NCBI GenBank assembly: GCA_045660325.1
Contig: JAZRDO010000023.1
Span: forward strand, 71,889-135,888
Direction: 5' to 3'
DNA length: 64,000 bases
Source of the DNA: Eubacteriales bacterium
Lineage (GTDB): Bacteria > Bacillota > Clostridia > Oscillospirales > CAG-272
The number at the start of each line of letters is the position of its first letter. The first letter of the stretch is position 1. Position numbers and translations under genes: made by a program. A model generated the notes under the pieces. The model was not told the DNA's origin, did not search any database, and saw nothing but the letters and a program-made list of their open reading frames with translations. This document shows positions 16,870 through 26,598 of this stretch, in pieces.

Positions 16870-19800
16870 TTACTTGTAATACTTAACCGCGGACTCGAAA
16901 AGGCCCATATCGAACTCGCCGTCGATGTTCTTATAGAGGTGCTCGCCGATTCGCTCGGAGTGGCCCATCTTACCGATAACTCGTCCGTCGGGAGACGTGA
17001 TACCCTCAACTGCCCAAACGGAATTGTTGGGATTGAAGTGAATGTCCTCGGTAGGATTGCCCGCAAGGTCAACGTACTGAGTCATGATCTGTCCGTTTTC
17101 TGCAAGCTTCTTAACAGTTGCCTCGTCGCAGAGGAATCTGCCCTCGCCGTGAGAGATCGGAACGTTGTATATCTCGCCAACCTTGGTATTCATAAGCCAG
17201 GGAGATTTGTCCGTGCAAACTCTTGTTCTGACAACTCTCGACTGGTGTCTGCCGATAGTATTGAACGTAAGAGTAGGACAGCTCTCGTCCGTATCAATGA
17301 TCTCGCCGTAAGGAACAAGACCGAGCTTAATAAGTGCCTGGAAGCCGTTGCAGATACCTGCCATAAGACCGTCGCGGTTCTTTAAGAGCTCATGAACCTC
17401 TTCCTTGATCTTTCCGTTACGGAAGAACGCGGTAATGAACTTACCCGATCCGTCGGGCTCATCGCCGCCCGAAAAGCCACCGGGGATAAATATCATCTGG
17501 GAGTTCTTTATTGCATTTGCAACGTAATCAACGGATTCTGCAACCGCCGCAGGTGTAAGATTCTTTACAACCACGATCTCGGGATCAGCGCCCGCCTTTA
17601 AAAATGCCTTTGCCGTATCGTATTCGCAGTTTGTACCGGGGAATACGGGAATTACTACCTTAGGCTTTGCGGTTATAATGCTTGCCGCCTTGAACGTCTT
17701 CTCACTCTTATATTCAACAGCGGGAATATCCTCGCCCTTGCCCTGCTTGATATTGCAGGGATATACGCCCTCAAGTCTGGACTCGTAAATGCCGAGAAGC
17801 TCCGCAATTGAAGCCGTCTCGCCGCCAAGAGTAATAGTGTCTGCCTCTACCGTCTTACCGAGAGTGCGAACGTTCATTTCCGAATCAAATTCTACGTCAC
17901 CACAAAGCTCAATAACAAATGATCCGTATCTGTATCCGAAGATTTCGGAAAGTGTAAATTCTTCGTTGTATTCAAATCCGATATTATTACCGATGCTCAT
18001 CTTAAGCACCGCCTCAGCGATACCGCCGAGAGTGGGTGTGTAAACAGATACCGCCTTGCCCTCTCTTACAAGTGCCGCAACCTTGTCGTAAATTGCAAGG
18101 AGGGACTTTGTTACAGGAAGCTTGTCGCTGTTATAATCGGGAGTAAGGAGCACGACCTTGTGTCCCGCGCCCTTGAATTCAGGGCTTATTACGTGCTTTG
18201 CATCCGTCGTTGTAACCGCGAAGGAAACAAGCGTGGGAGGTACGTCAATATTTTCAAAGCTTCCGCTCATAGAATCCTTACCGCCGATAGCCGCAATACG
18301 AAGATCGCACTGCGCCTCAAATGCACCGAGGAGCGCCGCCATAGGCTTACCCCAACGCTCGGGATTCTTACCGGGCTTTTCCATATACTCCTGGAAAGTA
18401 AGGTAAACGTCCTCGAACTTCGCACCCGTAGCGATAAGCTTGGAAACCGATTCAATTACCGCATAGTAAGCGGAGTGGAAGGGAGACTTTTCCGCGATAA
18501 AGGGATTATAGCCCCAAGACATTACGGAGGAGGTATTGGTGAATCTGTCCTCTGCGGATATCTTGTGCGCCATAGCCTGAATAGGAGTCTGCTGATTCTT
18601 ACCGCCGAAGGGCATAAGAACAGTTCCCGCACCGATCGTAGAGTCAAATCTCTCGGAAAGGCCACGCTTGGAGCAGATATTGAGATCGCTCGCCATTGCC
18701 TTATAGAGAGAGGTGAAGCCTTCCGCTTCATTTATATTCTTATCAAAATCAGTTGTGCTTGACGCCTTAACTGTAATATGCTTTTCCGCGCCGTTGGAAT
18801 TTAAGAAATCACGGGAAATATCAACTATGTATTTTCCGTTCCACTTCATTTTAAGTCTTGCTTCCTCGGTTACGCGAGCCACGATAGTAGCCTCAAGGTT
18901 TTCCTTTTCCGCAAGTGCCTTAAATGCTTCAACGTCACACGCCTCAACGACTACTGCCATTCTTTCCTGAGATTCGGAAATTGCAAGCTCCGTTCCGTCA
19001 AGACCCTCGTACTTCTTCGGAACTGCGTCAAGGTTTATCTCAAGTCCGTCTGCAAGCTCGCCGACAGCAACCGACACACCACCCGCGCCGAAGTCGTTAC
19101 ATCTTTTAATAAGTCTCGAAGCCTCGGGGTTTCTGAAAAGTCTCTGAAGCTTTCTTTCCTCGGGAGCATTACCCTTCTGTACCTCTGCGCCGCAGGATTC
19201 AAGGGACTCAAGCGTATGCGACTTTGAGGAGCCCGTAGCACCGCCACAGCCGTCACGTCCCGTTCTGCCGCCGAGAAGAATAACGATATCGCCGTCCATA
19301 GGACATTCGCGTCTTACGTTTGCCTCGGGAGCGGCCGCGATAACCGCGCCGATCTCCATTCTCTTTGCAACGTAGCCGGGATGATAAATTTCGTCAACCT
19401 GACCTGTTGCAAGACCGATCTGGTTGCCGTATGAGGAATAACCCGCCGCCGCAGTCGTTACGATCTTTCTCTGTGGAAGCTTTCCGCGGAGTGTCTCGGA
19501 TACGGGAACCGTAGGATCTGCCGCGCCCGTAACTCTCATAGCCGCGTAAACGTAGGATCTGCCCGAAAGGGGATCTCGGATCGCTCCTCCGATACAAGTC
19601 GCCGCGCCGCCAAAGGGCTCGATCTCTGTGGGGTGGTTATGTGTTTCATTCTTGAAAAGGAGGAGCCAGTCCTCTTTCTCTCCGTCAAAGTCAACCTTGA
19701 TCTTAACAGTACAAGCGTTGATCTCCTCGGATTCGTCTATTTTAGGAAGACAACCGATGCTCTTTAAGTACTTTGTAGCAACAGTTGCGATGTCCATAAG

Positions 19801-20589
19801 GTTTATGGGCTTTGTTCTGCCGAGCTCTGCGCGAACGTTTATATAGTCCTCGTATGCTCTCTTCAAAAGATCGTCCTCAAATTCAACCGAATCAATTGTT
19901 GTTAAGAACGTAGTATGACGGCAGTGATCGGACCAATACGTATCGATCATCTTGATCTCCGTGATCGTGGGGTCTCTCTGCTCGTCTATAAAATACTTCT
20001 GACAGAATTTAATATCGTCAAGGTCCATAGCAAGACCGTTTTCTGCAACGAATTCGCGAAGTCCGTCCTCATCAAGTGAGGTAAATCCGCAAAGAACTCT
20101 TACACTCTCGGGAATATCGTATTCCGCCTTAAGTGTTTCGAACGTATCGAGTGTCGCCTCGCGGGATTCAACGGGGTTGATTACGTACTTCTTGATAGCA
20201 GCAATCTCATCAGCCGTCGGGTTTCCCTCAAGGATATAAACTCTCGCCGTCTTAACAAGAGGTCTTTCCTTCTGCGAGATAAGCTGAACACACTGCGCAG
20301 CAGAGTCGGCTCTCTGGTCAAACTGACCGGGAAGATATTCAACTGCGAAAACAGTGTCGCCCTCATTATATTCAAGCTCATACGTTACGTCGTCAAGCTG
20401 CGGCTCGGAGAAGACCGTGCCGACCGTGTAATCAAAAAGCTCCTTATCAATGCTTTCAACGTCGTATCTGTTGAGAAGTCTGACACGGCTTACGCTACCA
20501 ATGGAAAGAAGTCCGCAAATATCCGAATGAAGCGAGCGCGCTTCATTGTCAAGACCAGTTTTCTTTTCAACGTATATTCTGTATACCAT
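16870..20589 (-). CDS. purL: phosphoribosylformylglycinamidine synthase, large single-chain type
   Basis: 1239 aa. It combines an N-terminal PurS-like region, an FGAM synthetase core (duplicated AIR-synthase-like domains) and a C-terminal glutamine amidotransferase (GICNGFQ, HGEGR). Confidence 0.95.
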   Translation of the reverse strand: MVYRIYVEKKTGLDNEARSLHSDICGLLSIGSVSRVRLLNRYDVESIDKELFDYTVGTVFSEPQLDDVTYELEYNEGDTVFAVEYLPGQFDQRADSAAQCVQLISQKERPLVKTARVYILEGNPTADEIAAIKKYVINPVESREATLDTFETLKAEYDIPESVRVLCGFTSLDEDGLREFVAENGLAMDLDDIKFCQKYFIDEQRDPTITEIKMIDTYWSDHCRHTTFLTTIDSVEFEDDLLKRAYEDYINVRAELGRTKPINLMDIATVATKYLKSIGCLPKIDESEEINACTVKIKVDFDGEKEDWLLLFKNETHNHPTEIEPFGGAATCIGGAIRDPLSGRSYVYAAMRVTGAADPTVPVSETLRGKLPQRKIVTTAAAGYSSYGNQIGLATGQVDEIYHPGYVAKRMEIGAVIAAAPEANVRRECPMDGDIVILLGGRTGRDGCGGATGSSKSHTLESLESCGAEVQKGNAPEERKLQRLFRNPEASRLIKRCNDFGAGGVSVAVGELADGLEINLDAVPKKYEGLDGTELAISESQERMAVVVEACDVEAFKALAEKENLEATIVARVTEEARLKMKWNGKYIVDISRDFLNSNGAEKHITVKASSTTDFDKNINEAEGFTSLYKAMASDLNICSKRGLSERFDSTIGAGTVLMPFGGKNQQTPIQAMAHKISAEDRFTNTSSVMSWGYNPFIAEKSPFHSAYYAVIESVSKLIATGAKFEDVYLTFQEYMEKPGKNPERWGKPMAALLGAFEAQCDLRIAAIGGKDSMSGSFENIDVPPTLVSFAVTTTDAKHVISPEFKGAGHKVVLLTPDYNSDKLPVTKSLLAIYDKVAALVREGKAVSVYTPTLGGIAEAVLKMSIGNNIGFEYNEEFTLSEIFGYRYGSFVIELCGDVEFDSEMNVRTLGKTVEADTITLGGETASIAELLGIYESRLEGVYPCNIKQGKGEDIPAVEYKSEKTFKAASIITAKPKVVIPVFPGTNCEYDTAKAFLKAGADPEIVVVKNLTPAAVAESVDYVANAIKNSQMIFIPGGFSGGDEPDGSGKFITAFFRNGKIKEEVHELLKNRDGLMAGICNGFQALIKLGLVPYGEIIDTDESCPTLTFNTIGRHQSRVVRTRVCTDKSPWLMNTKVGEIYNVPISHGEGRFLCDEATVKKLAENGQIMTQYVDLAGNPTEDIHFNPNNSVWAVEGITSPDGRVIGKMGHSERIGEHLYKNIDGEFDMGLFESAVKYYK

Positions 20590-20591
20590 AC

Positions 20592-21860
20592 TTAATCCTT
20601 TCTCGCCATAAGCGCGCGCTGACCGATGTCTCGGCGGTAATACTGACTGCCGAAGCTTACCTTTTCCGTGCCCACATACGCCTTCTTGATTGCTTCCTCA
20701 AGCGTGGGTGCAGTAGCAGTTACGCCAAGCACTCTGCCACCTGCGGTCAAAAGCTTACCGCCCTCAAGCTTCGCGCCCGCGATAAATATCTGCTCCTCTC
20801 CCTTTTCGGGAAGAGTTATTTCATATCCGCTCTCGTACTTTTCGGGATAACCCTTTGATGCGGAAATTACACAGCAGGCAAACTCATCGGAGAATTCAAC
20901 GTCAAGCTCGGAAAGTCTCTCATCCGCTACCGCCTGCATAACTGTTAAAAGGTCGGTTTTAAGAAGCGGGAGCACCACCTGTGTTTCGGGATCACCGAAG
21001 CGGCAATTATATTCAATAACGCGAGGACCGTCTGCCGTAAGCATAAGTCCAAAGTAAAGACAGCCCTTGAAGGTCCTTCCCTCTGCGTTCATAGCATTCA
21101 TCGTGGGGATGAATATCTCATCCATACATCTCTTTGCAATATCGGGCGTGTAATAAGGATTGGGAGCTACCGTACCCATACCGCCCGTATTAAGTCCGCG
21201 GTCTCCGTCAAGCGCTCTCTTGTGGTCCATAGAGGAAACCATGGGAGATACGACCTTACCGTCAGTGAACGCGAGCACCGATACCTCAGGACCCTCGAGG
21301 AACTCCTCAATAACTACGCGGCTTCCGCTCTCGCCGAACTTCTTGTCCTCCATCATAGAGCGAACCGCCTCTGTTGCCTCATCGCGAGTCATAGCGATAA
21401 TTACGCCCTTACCGAGCGCCAATCCGTCCGCCTTGATAACCGTAGGAATGGGCGCGCTCTCAAGATATACAAGAGCATCGTCGATATTGTCAAACACCTC
21501 GTACGCCGCCGTGGGAATGCCGTATTTCTTCATAAGATTCTTTGAGAACACCTTGCTTCCCTCAATGATCGCCGCATTTTTGCGAGGACCGAAGCACTTG
21601 ATTCCCTTTTCCTCAAGAGCATCTACCGCGCCGAGAACGAGGGGATCGTCGGGAGCTACCACGGCAAAATCAATTTCCTTCTTTATCGCAAAATCAACTA
21701 TTCCGTCGATATCCTTTGCGCCCACGGGAATGCATATAGCATCCGCCGCGATGCCTCCGTTACCGGGGAGCGCGTATATGGTATCAACATCCTTATTTTC
21801 CTTTAATTTTTTAATAATAGCATGCTCACGGCCACCGCCGCCAACAACCATAACCTTCAT
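20592..21860 (-). CDS. purD: phosphoribosylamine--glycine ligase
   Basis: MKVMVVGGGGREHA... is an ATP-grasp protein with full-length PurD pattern. Start at ATG 21860 after GAGGAA. Confidence 0.95.
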   Translation of the reverse strand: MKVMVVGGGGREHAIIKKLKENKDVDTIYALPGNGGIAADAICIPVGAKDIDGIVDFAIKKEIDFAVVAPDDPLVLGAVDALEEKGIKCFGPRKNAAIIEGSKVFSKNLMKKYGIPTAAYEVFDNIDDALVYLESAPIPTVIKADGLALGKGVIIAMTRDEATEAVRSMMEDKKFGESGSRVVIEEFLEGPEVSVLAFTDGKVVSPMVSSMDHKRALDGDRGLNTGGMGTVAPNPYYTPDIAKRCMDEIFIPTMNAMNAEGRTFKGCLYFGLMLTADGPRVIEYNCRFGDPETQVVLPLLKTDLLTVMQAVADERLSELDVEFSDEFACCVISASKGYPEKYESGYEITLPEKGEEQIFIAGAKLEGGKLLTAGGRVLGVTATAPTLEEAIKKAYVGTEKVSFGSQYYRRDIGQRALMARKD

Positions 21861-21912
21861 AATATAATTCCTCACTCGCCGCTATAAGCAGCATAAATAA
21901 TATTACTGTGTC

Positions 21913-22524
21913 TTAAAAATCTCTCTTGCCTGTTACAAGGGATTTGGCAACCATTTCAACCGCTCTGGGCAAAATGATCCATTCCGCGTTTCTCATAACG
22001 TGCTTTTGCAAACTCTCAGGGGTGTCGTCCTTACGGATCGCGACCGACTTTTGCAAAATGATCTTACCGCCGTCGGGTATCTCGTTTACAAAATGCACCG
22101 TAGCGCCCGTAACCTTAACTCCGTAGTTCAGCGCCGCCTCATGCACACGAAGTCCGTAAAAGCCCTTTCCGCAGAAGGACGGAATAAGGGAGGGATGCAC
22201 ATTAATAATACGGTCGGGATATCTCTTTATTATGTCCTCGGAGAGAATACTCATAAAGCCCGCAAGCACGATCATATCGATTTCAAACTCCTCAAGAGCC
22301 GAAATGATCTTTTCCTCAAACGTATCGGGGTTATCCTTTCTCGATACGACGCGTGTGGGGATACCCGCCATATTGGCGCGGATAAGCGCATAAGCCTCCT
22401 TTGTGCTTGAAAGCACTAAAGCGAGCTCACCGTGAGGTATATTTCCCTCATTTGCATAATCAATAATTGCCTGGAGATTAGAGCCGCCGCCCGAAACGAG
22501 CACGGCTATTTTTACTTTTTTCAT
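21913..22524 (-). CDS. purN: phosphoribosylglycinamide formyltransferase
   Basis: 203 aa. VLVSGGGSNLQAI, the INVHPSLIP motif and D...GATVHFV. Confidence 0.93.
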   Translation of the reverse strand: MKKVKIAVLVSGGGSNLQAIIDYANEGNIPHGELALVLSSTKEAYALIRANMAGIPTRVVSRKDNPDTFEEKIISALEEFEIDMIVLAGFMSILSEDIIKRYPDRIINVHPSLIPSFCGKGFYGLRVHEAALNYGVKVTGATVHFVNEIPDGGKIILQKSVAIRKDDTPESLQKHVMRNAEWIILPRAVEMVAKSLVTGKRDF

Positions 22525-22554
22525 TGTATCACCTAAAAAATATATACCCGTGTA

Positions 22555-23595
22555 TTAGCAGAAAATTACACCCTCGTCGCCTTCAACAACCTCACCGATC
22601 ACGTAAGCGTCCTCGCCTGCCGCACGGAGAGCTTCAAGTGCTGTGTCAACGTCAGCGGCGTCAACAACGACACTCATACCAACGCCCATATTAAACGTAT
22701 TGAACATATCTCTCTCGGGAATATTGCCTTCCTTTGCGATAAGCTCGAAAATAGGAAGAACGCGAACGTCGTCTCTCTTGATCTTCGCGGAAAGTCCCTC
22801 GGGAATAGTTCTCGGAATATTCTCATAGAAGCCGCCGCCTGTAATATGGGAAACGCCCTTTACCGTAACCTTCTCGAAGAGCTCGAGCATGGGCTTTACG
22901 TAGATCTTTGTAGGTGTGAGAAGTGTCTCGCCTACACTCTTGCCACCAAGCTCCTCGCGAGGAGTCTTTATGTCGCTCTTTTCAACGTCGAACACCTTTC
23001 TTACAAGGGAGAAGCCGTTTGAATGAACACCGCTCGAAGGAAGCGCGATAATTACGTCGCCCGCCTTGATAGTGGAGTTGTCCACGATCTTGGACTTATC
23101 AACAACACCCACAGAGAAGCCCGCGAGGTCATATTCGTCGATAGGATAGAAGCCGGGCATTTCAGCGGTCTCGCCGCCGATAAGCGCCGCGCCGGACTGA
23201 ACACAGCCCTCTGCTACGCCCTCAACGATCTCGGCGATTCTCTCGGGAACGTTCTTTCCGCAAGCGATATAGTCGAGGAAAAGGAGGGGCTTTGCGCCAC
23301 AGCAAATAATATCGTTTACACACATAGCAACACAGTCGATACCGATCGTGTTGTGCTTGTCCATAATAAAAGCAAGCTTAAGCTTTGTGCCTACACCGTC
23401 AGTACCGCTAACGAGTACGGGACGCGTAATGCCCGTAAGGTCCATCTCAAAAAGACCTCCAAAGCCTCCGATACCCGAGCAAACACCGGGTGTTACTGTT
23501 CTCTTTATATGCTCCTTCATAAGCTCAACGGCGCGGTAGCCCGCAGTAATATCAACGCCCGCCGCCTTGTAGCTCTCGCTAAAACTCTTTGACAT
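22555..23595 (-). CDS. purM: phosphoribosylformylglycinamidine cyclo-ligase (AIR synthetase)
   Basis: 346 aa. YKAAGVDI...GGFGGLF...SGTDGVGTK... is the PurM signature. Confidence 0.95.
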   Translation of the reverse strand: MSKSFSESYKAAGVDITAGYRAVELMKEHIKRTVTPGVCSGIGGFGGLFEMDLTGITRPVLVSGTDGVGTKLKLAFIMDKHNTIGIDCVAMCVNDIICCGAKPLLFLDYIACGKNVPERIAEIVEGVAEGCVQSGAALIGGETAEMPGFYPIDEYDLAGFSVGVVDKSKIVDNSTIKAGDVIIALPSSGVHSNGFSLVRKVFDVEKSDIKTPREELGGKSVGETLLTPTKIYVKPMLELFEKVTVKGVSHITGGGFYENIPRTIPEGLSAKIKRDDVRVLPIFELIAKEGNIPERDMFNTFNMGVGMSVVVDAADVDTALEALRAAGEDAYVIGEVVEGDEGVIFC

Positions 23596-23649
23596 TTTCG
23601 TATATTCCTTTCAATTACTTTTTTATCAACTGTTACCTGTTATTTCAAT

Positions 23650-25074
23650 TTAACCCTTGCCGTTCCAGCAGTACGTGCAAAGCTTACAAGGATCAACGCC
23701 TATCGCCTTTATAATTCCGTCGATCGACTGGAAATCAAGAGAGTCAAAATTAAGCTCTCTGGCAATGTGCTCACGAAGAGCCTTACCTCTCTCGGTCGAG
23801 CCGTCGCTGTATTCGTCTATGTATTGAAGTCCCGCCTCGCCCTCAAGCTCAAGAATCGTTCTTCTCGCGATAAGCTCAAGATCGCTCGTCTGTCTTGAGA
23901 AATTCAGGTACTTACATCCGTACATAATGGGGGGACAAGCCGAGCGCATATGCACCGACTTTGCGCCGTGCTCGTAAAGGAAATCAACCGTTTCCTTAAG
24001 CTGTGTTCCGCGCACGATGGAGTCGTCAACGAAGAGAAGGTCCTTATCCTTGATAAGCTCCTTTACGGGAATTTGCTTCATCTTGGCGATCTTCTTTCGC
24101 TCTCTTTGATTTGAGGGAGTAAAGCTTCTCGGCCACGTGGGCGTATATTTAATAAACGGACGCGCGAAACGGATTCCGCTCTTGTTGGCGTAGCCTATCG
24201 CGTGCGGAGTTCCCGAATCGGGCACACCGCAAACGTAGTCGATCTTCACACCGTCCTTGAGCGCCTGATCGTTCTCTGCCAAGATTTCGCCGTTCTTATA
24301 TCTCATAAGCTCAACGTTCACGCCCTCGTACGTGGAGTTTGAATATCCGTAGTACGTCCAAAGGAATGAGCATATCCTCATCTCCTCGCCGGGAATACAT
24401 AGCTGAACCATACTGTCGTGAGTGATCTCAACGATCTCTCCGGGACCAAGCTCCTTCTCCGTCGCATAGCCAAGCTTTTCAAACGCAAAGGACTCAAAGG
24501 ATACGCAATAGCCGTTAGTGCTCTTACCGACTATAACGGGAATTCGTCCGAGCTTGTCACGCGCCGCGATTATTGAGCCGTCGTCCTTCAAAATAAGAAT
24601 GGACATCGAGCCGTCGATTACGCTTTGCGCGAATTTGATTCCCTCGGCAAAATCCTCTTTCTGATTTATAAGCGAAGCGACAAGCTCAACTGAGTTTACC
24701 TTACCGCCCGTCATAACCGAAAAGTGAGCGCCGTTGCCCAAAATATATTTATCAATAAGCTCGGCAGAATTATTTATAATACCAACGATACAAATAGCAT
24801 ACGTTCCGATATTTGAACGGATAAGAAGCGGCTGAGGATCGGTATCACTTATACAGCCGATAGCGGAGCTGCCGCGCATCTCGTCAAACACCTTGTCGAA
24901 CTTAGTTCTGAAGGGCGAGTTTTCAATGTTGTGAATTTCTCTCTGCAGACCTATCTCGGGGTCGTAAGCCGCCATACCGCCTCGTCTTGTTCCGAGATGT
25001 GAATGGTAGTCCGTGCCAAAGAATACGTCTGAAATAGCATCGCTCTTATTTGCCGCGCCAAAAAATCCTCCCAT
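23650..25074 (-). CDS. purF: amidophosphoribosyltransferase homologue with non-canonical N-terminus (MGGFFG instead of MCGI)
   Basis: 474 aa. The PRTase domain is clear (VPDSGTPHAIGYA, LLFVDDSIVRGTQ). The Ntn-type domain is present, but residue 2 is Gly rather than the nucleophilic Cys. Confidence 0.85.
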   Translation of the reverse strand: MGGFFGAANKSDAISDVFFGTDYHSHLGTRRGGMAAYDPEIGLQREIHNIENSPFRTKFDKVFDEMRGSSAIGCISDTDPQPLLIRSNIGTYAICIVGIINNSAELIDKYILGNGAHFSVMTGGKVNSVELVASLINQKEDFAEGIKFAQSVIDGSMSILILKDDGSIIAARDKLGRIPVIVGKSTNGYCVSFESFAFEKLGYATEKELGPGEIVEITHDSMVQLCIPGEEMRICSFLWTYYGYSNSTYEGVNVELMRYKNGEILAENDQALKDGVKIDYVCGVPDSGTPHAIGYANKSGIRFARPFIKYTPTWPRSFTPSNQRERKKIAKMKQIPVKELIKDKDLLFVDDSIVRGTQLKETVDFLYEHGAKSVHMRSACPPIMYGCKYLNFSRQTSDLELIARRTILELEGEAGLQYIDEYSDGSTERGKALREHIARELNFDSLDFQSIDGIIKAIGVDPCKLCTYCWNGKG

Positions 25075-25117
25075 ACGATTTCCTTTCTTTCGTTATACGT
25101 TTGTATACGTTACTTAA

Positions 25118-25612
25118 TTACTTACTGTATTTTGCGGATATCTCTTTGTCCTTTGAAAGCACCTTCTTAGCACCCGCAGCCCTCTTTGTATTAAGCTTTT
25201 CCGCTAAATCGGGGTCACTTATAGAGAGCATCTGTACTGCCAAAAGTGCCGCGTTAGCCGCGCCGTCGATCGCAACAGTCGCAACGGGCATACCCGTCGG
25301 CATCTGAACTGTGGAGAGAAGCGCATCGAGTCCGTCAAGCGTCGAGGACTTTACGGGAATACCGATAACGGGGAGAGTGGTATTTGCCGCCATAGCGCCC
25401 GCAAGATGAGCCGCCTTACCTGCCGCCGCAATAATAACGCCGATATTATTTTCTCTTGCGCTTACAGCAAATTCCTTTGCCTCAACGGGTGTTCTGTGAG
25501 CCGATAAAACTCTTACGTCGTAGCCTACGCCGTATTCGTCAAGCACCGCGAATGCCTTTTCAACTACGGGAAGGTCGCTGTCACTTCCCATTACGATTCC
25601 AACTCTTTTCAT
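25118..25612 (-). CDS. purE: 5-(carboxyamino)imidazole ribonucleotide mutase
   Basis: 164 aa. VGIVMGSDSDLPV...SAHRTP...AGKAAHLAG is the PurE class I signature. Confidence 0.95.
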   Translation of the reverse strand: MKRVGIVMGSDSDLPVVEKAFAVLDEYGVGYDVRVLSAHRTPVEAKEFAVSARENNIGVIIAAAGKAAHLAGAMAANTTLPVIGIPVKSSTLDGLDALLSTVQMPTGMPVATVAIDGAANAALLAVQMLSISDPDLAEKLNTKRAAGAKKVLSKDKEISAKYSK

Positions 25613-25650
25613 AATATCCTCCGATCAAATTTATAAAAAATGCGGAAACT

Positions 25651-25687
25651 AAAAAAGCGCAGATAGAGGGCGCACCTCTGTCTACGC
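25651..25687 (-). terminator. intrinsic terminator inside the pur operon 5' leader (attenuator)
   Basis: On the minus strand: GCGTAGACAGAGG-TGCGC-CCTCTATCTGCGC (13 bp stem, 1 mismatch, 1 G-U) followed by TTTTTT. It ends about 38 nt upstream of the purE ATG. Confidence 0.65.
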
Positions 25688-25811
25688 AGTTATCCATACA
25701 GTTTTTTTGTTGTTATTCGATTTTTTTGTAATTTTAATCCCGAAATGGTAAGGGCGTGTAAAAATGCGCATTGTACTGCTCTCCATTTAAAACAAAAATT
25801 TCGACAATACA

Positions 25812-25840
25812 ATTATACTATATAATATAATTAAAGTCAA
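25812..25840 (-). promoter_or_regulatory. sigma-A promoter of the pur operon
   Basis: On the minus strand: TTGACT (25840-25835), 17 nt spacer, TATAAT (25817-25812). Confidence 0.55.
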
Positions 25841-25883
25841 GTAAAATATATATTAATTTTATTTTCTATGTTTATTACAACGA

Positions 25884-25905
25884 AAAGCCCGCATTCGCGG
25901 GCTTT
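25884..25905 (-). terminator. intrinsic terminator after the DUF1934-like gene
   Basis: AAAGCCCGC-ATTC-GCGGGCTTT, followed on the minus strand by TCGTTG. Confidence 0.7.
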
Positions 25906-25920
25906 CTTATTAACTCTTAA

Positions 25921-26568
25921 CTAATCTTCTCGTATTTTTATTCTTATAGTCGTTCTCTGCGAGCCGAGTCCCTGTATCTCCATAAGATAATTCAAATACA
26001 TCGTGCCGTTAGAGAAAATATTATTTTCAACCTCAAGGGTATTTACAATAAGATTGAAAGGCATATAGGGGGTGTTGTAAACGCTGCGACTTCTCTTTCC
26101 CTCGCAAAAGGTAAGCATCGTACTCATATTGCCCTCGCGCACCATTGTAACAAGGTCAGGGCTTTCTCTGTTGAACACAAGTCTTACCGCCGTGCCCTCA
26201 AGTCCGTTATCCGTATCCTCTCCCTCAACGTAGGATATCTCTACGTTTCCGTCATTGTCTACGGATATCTCGCCCTCGCTCATCATCTCCACAAAGCTAT
26301 CTCCTTCGATCTCGGAGTAAAGCGAGTCGTCATCCACCCCACTCTCGCCGATCGCCGCGAGAATAACGTCGCGCAAAATTTTCTCAAGCTCGCCGTCAGA
26401 GTCAAGCTTCTCGTCAACGCGGTTCAGCTTTGCATCCATATCGCTGAAGCACTCAAATATATTTTCCATAAGCGAGGAATCAAGCTCCTTCTGCTTTGTT
26501 ACAAGGCTTAAAACTATTCTTCTTTTCAATGCCGTATCTCCCGAAATTTTATTACAACCATTATACAA
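25921..26568 (-). CDS. DUF1934 (YwiB-like beta-barrel) domain protein with an acidic N-terminal extension
   Basis: The C-terminal half reads ...VRLVFNRESPDLVTMVREGNMSTMLTFCEGKRSRSVYNTPYMPFNLIVNTLEVENNI...GTMYLNYLMEI, which fits the DUF1934 pattern. The start codon is uncertain. Confidence 0.55.
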   Translation of the reverse strand: MYNGCNKISGDTALKRRIVLSLVTKQKELDSSLMENIFECFSDMDAKLNRVDEKLDSDGELEKILRDVILAAIGESGVDDDSLYSEIEGDSFVEMMSEGEISVDNDGNVEISYVEGEDTDNGLEGTAVRLVFNRESPDLVTMVREGNMSTMLTFCEGKRSRSVYNTPYMPFNLIVNTLEVENNIFSNGTMYLNYLMEIQGLGSQRTTIRIKIRED

Positions 26569-26598
26569 CTAAATGCGCCCGTTGTCAATAAACATATA

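Noticed and set aside
25613-25811. Purine riboswitch, ZTP (pfl) riboswitch, ykkC-type PRPP/ppGpp riboswitch or a Bacillus-type PurBox in the pur leader/promoter.
   Set aside because: I could not find the conserved cores by eye. There is no UAUAAUC..GGAUAUGG..CUACC and no CCGCCUGGGC. The best PurBox-like word is ATTGTCGAAATTT, which matches only 10 of 13 positions. The class is left unassigned rather than guessed.
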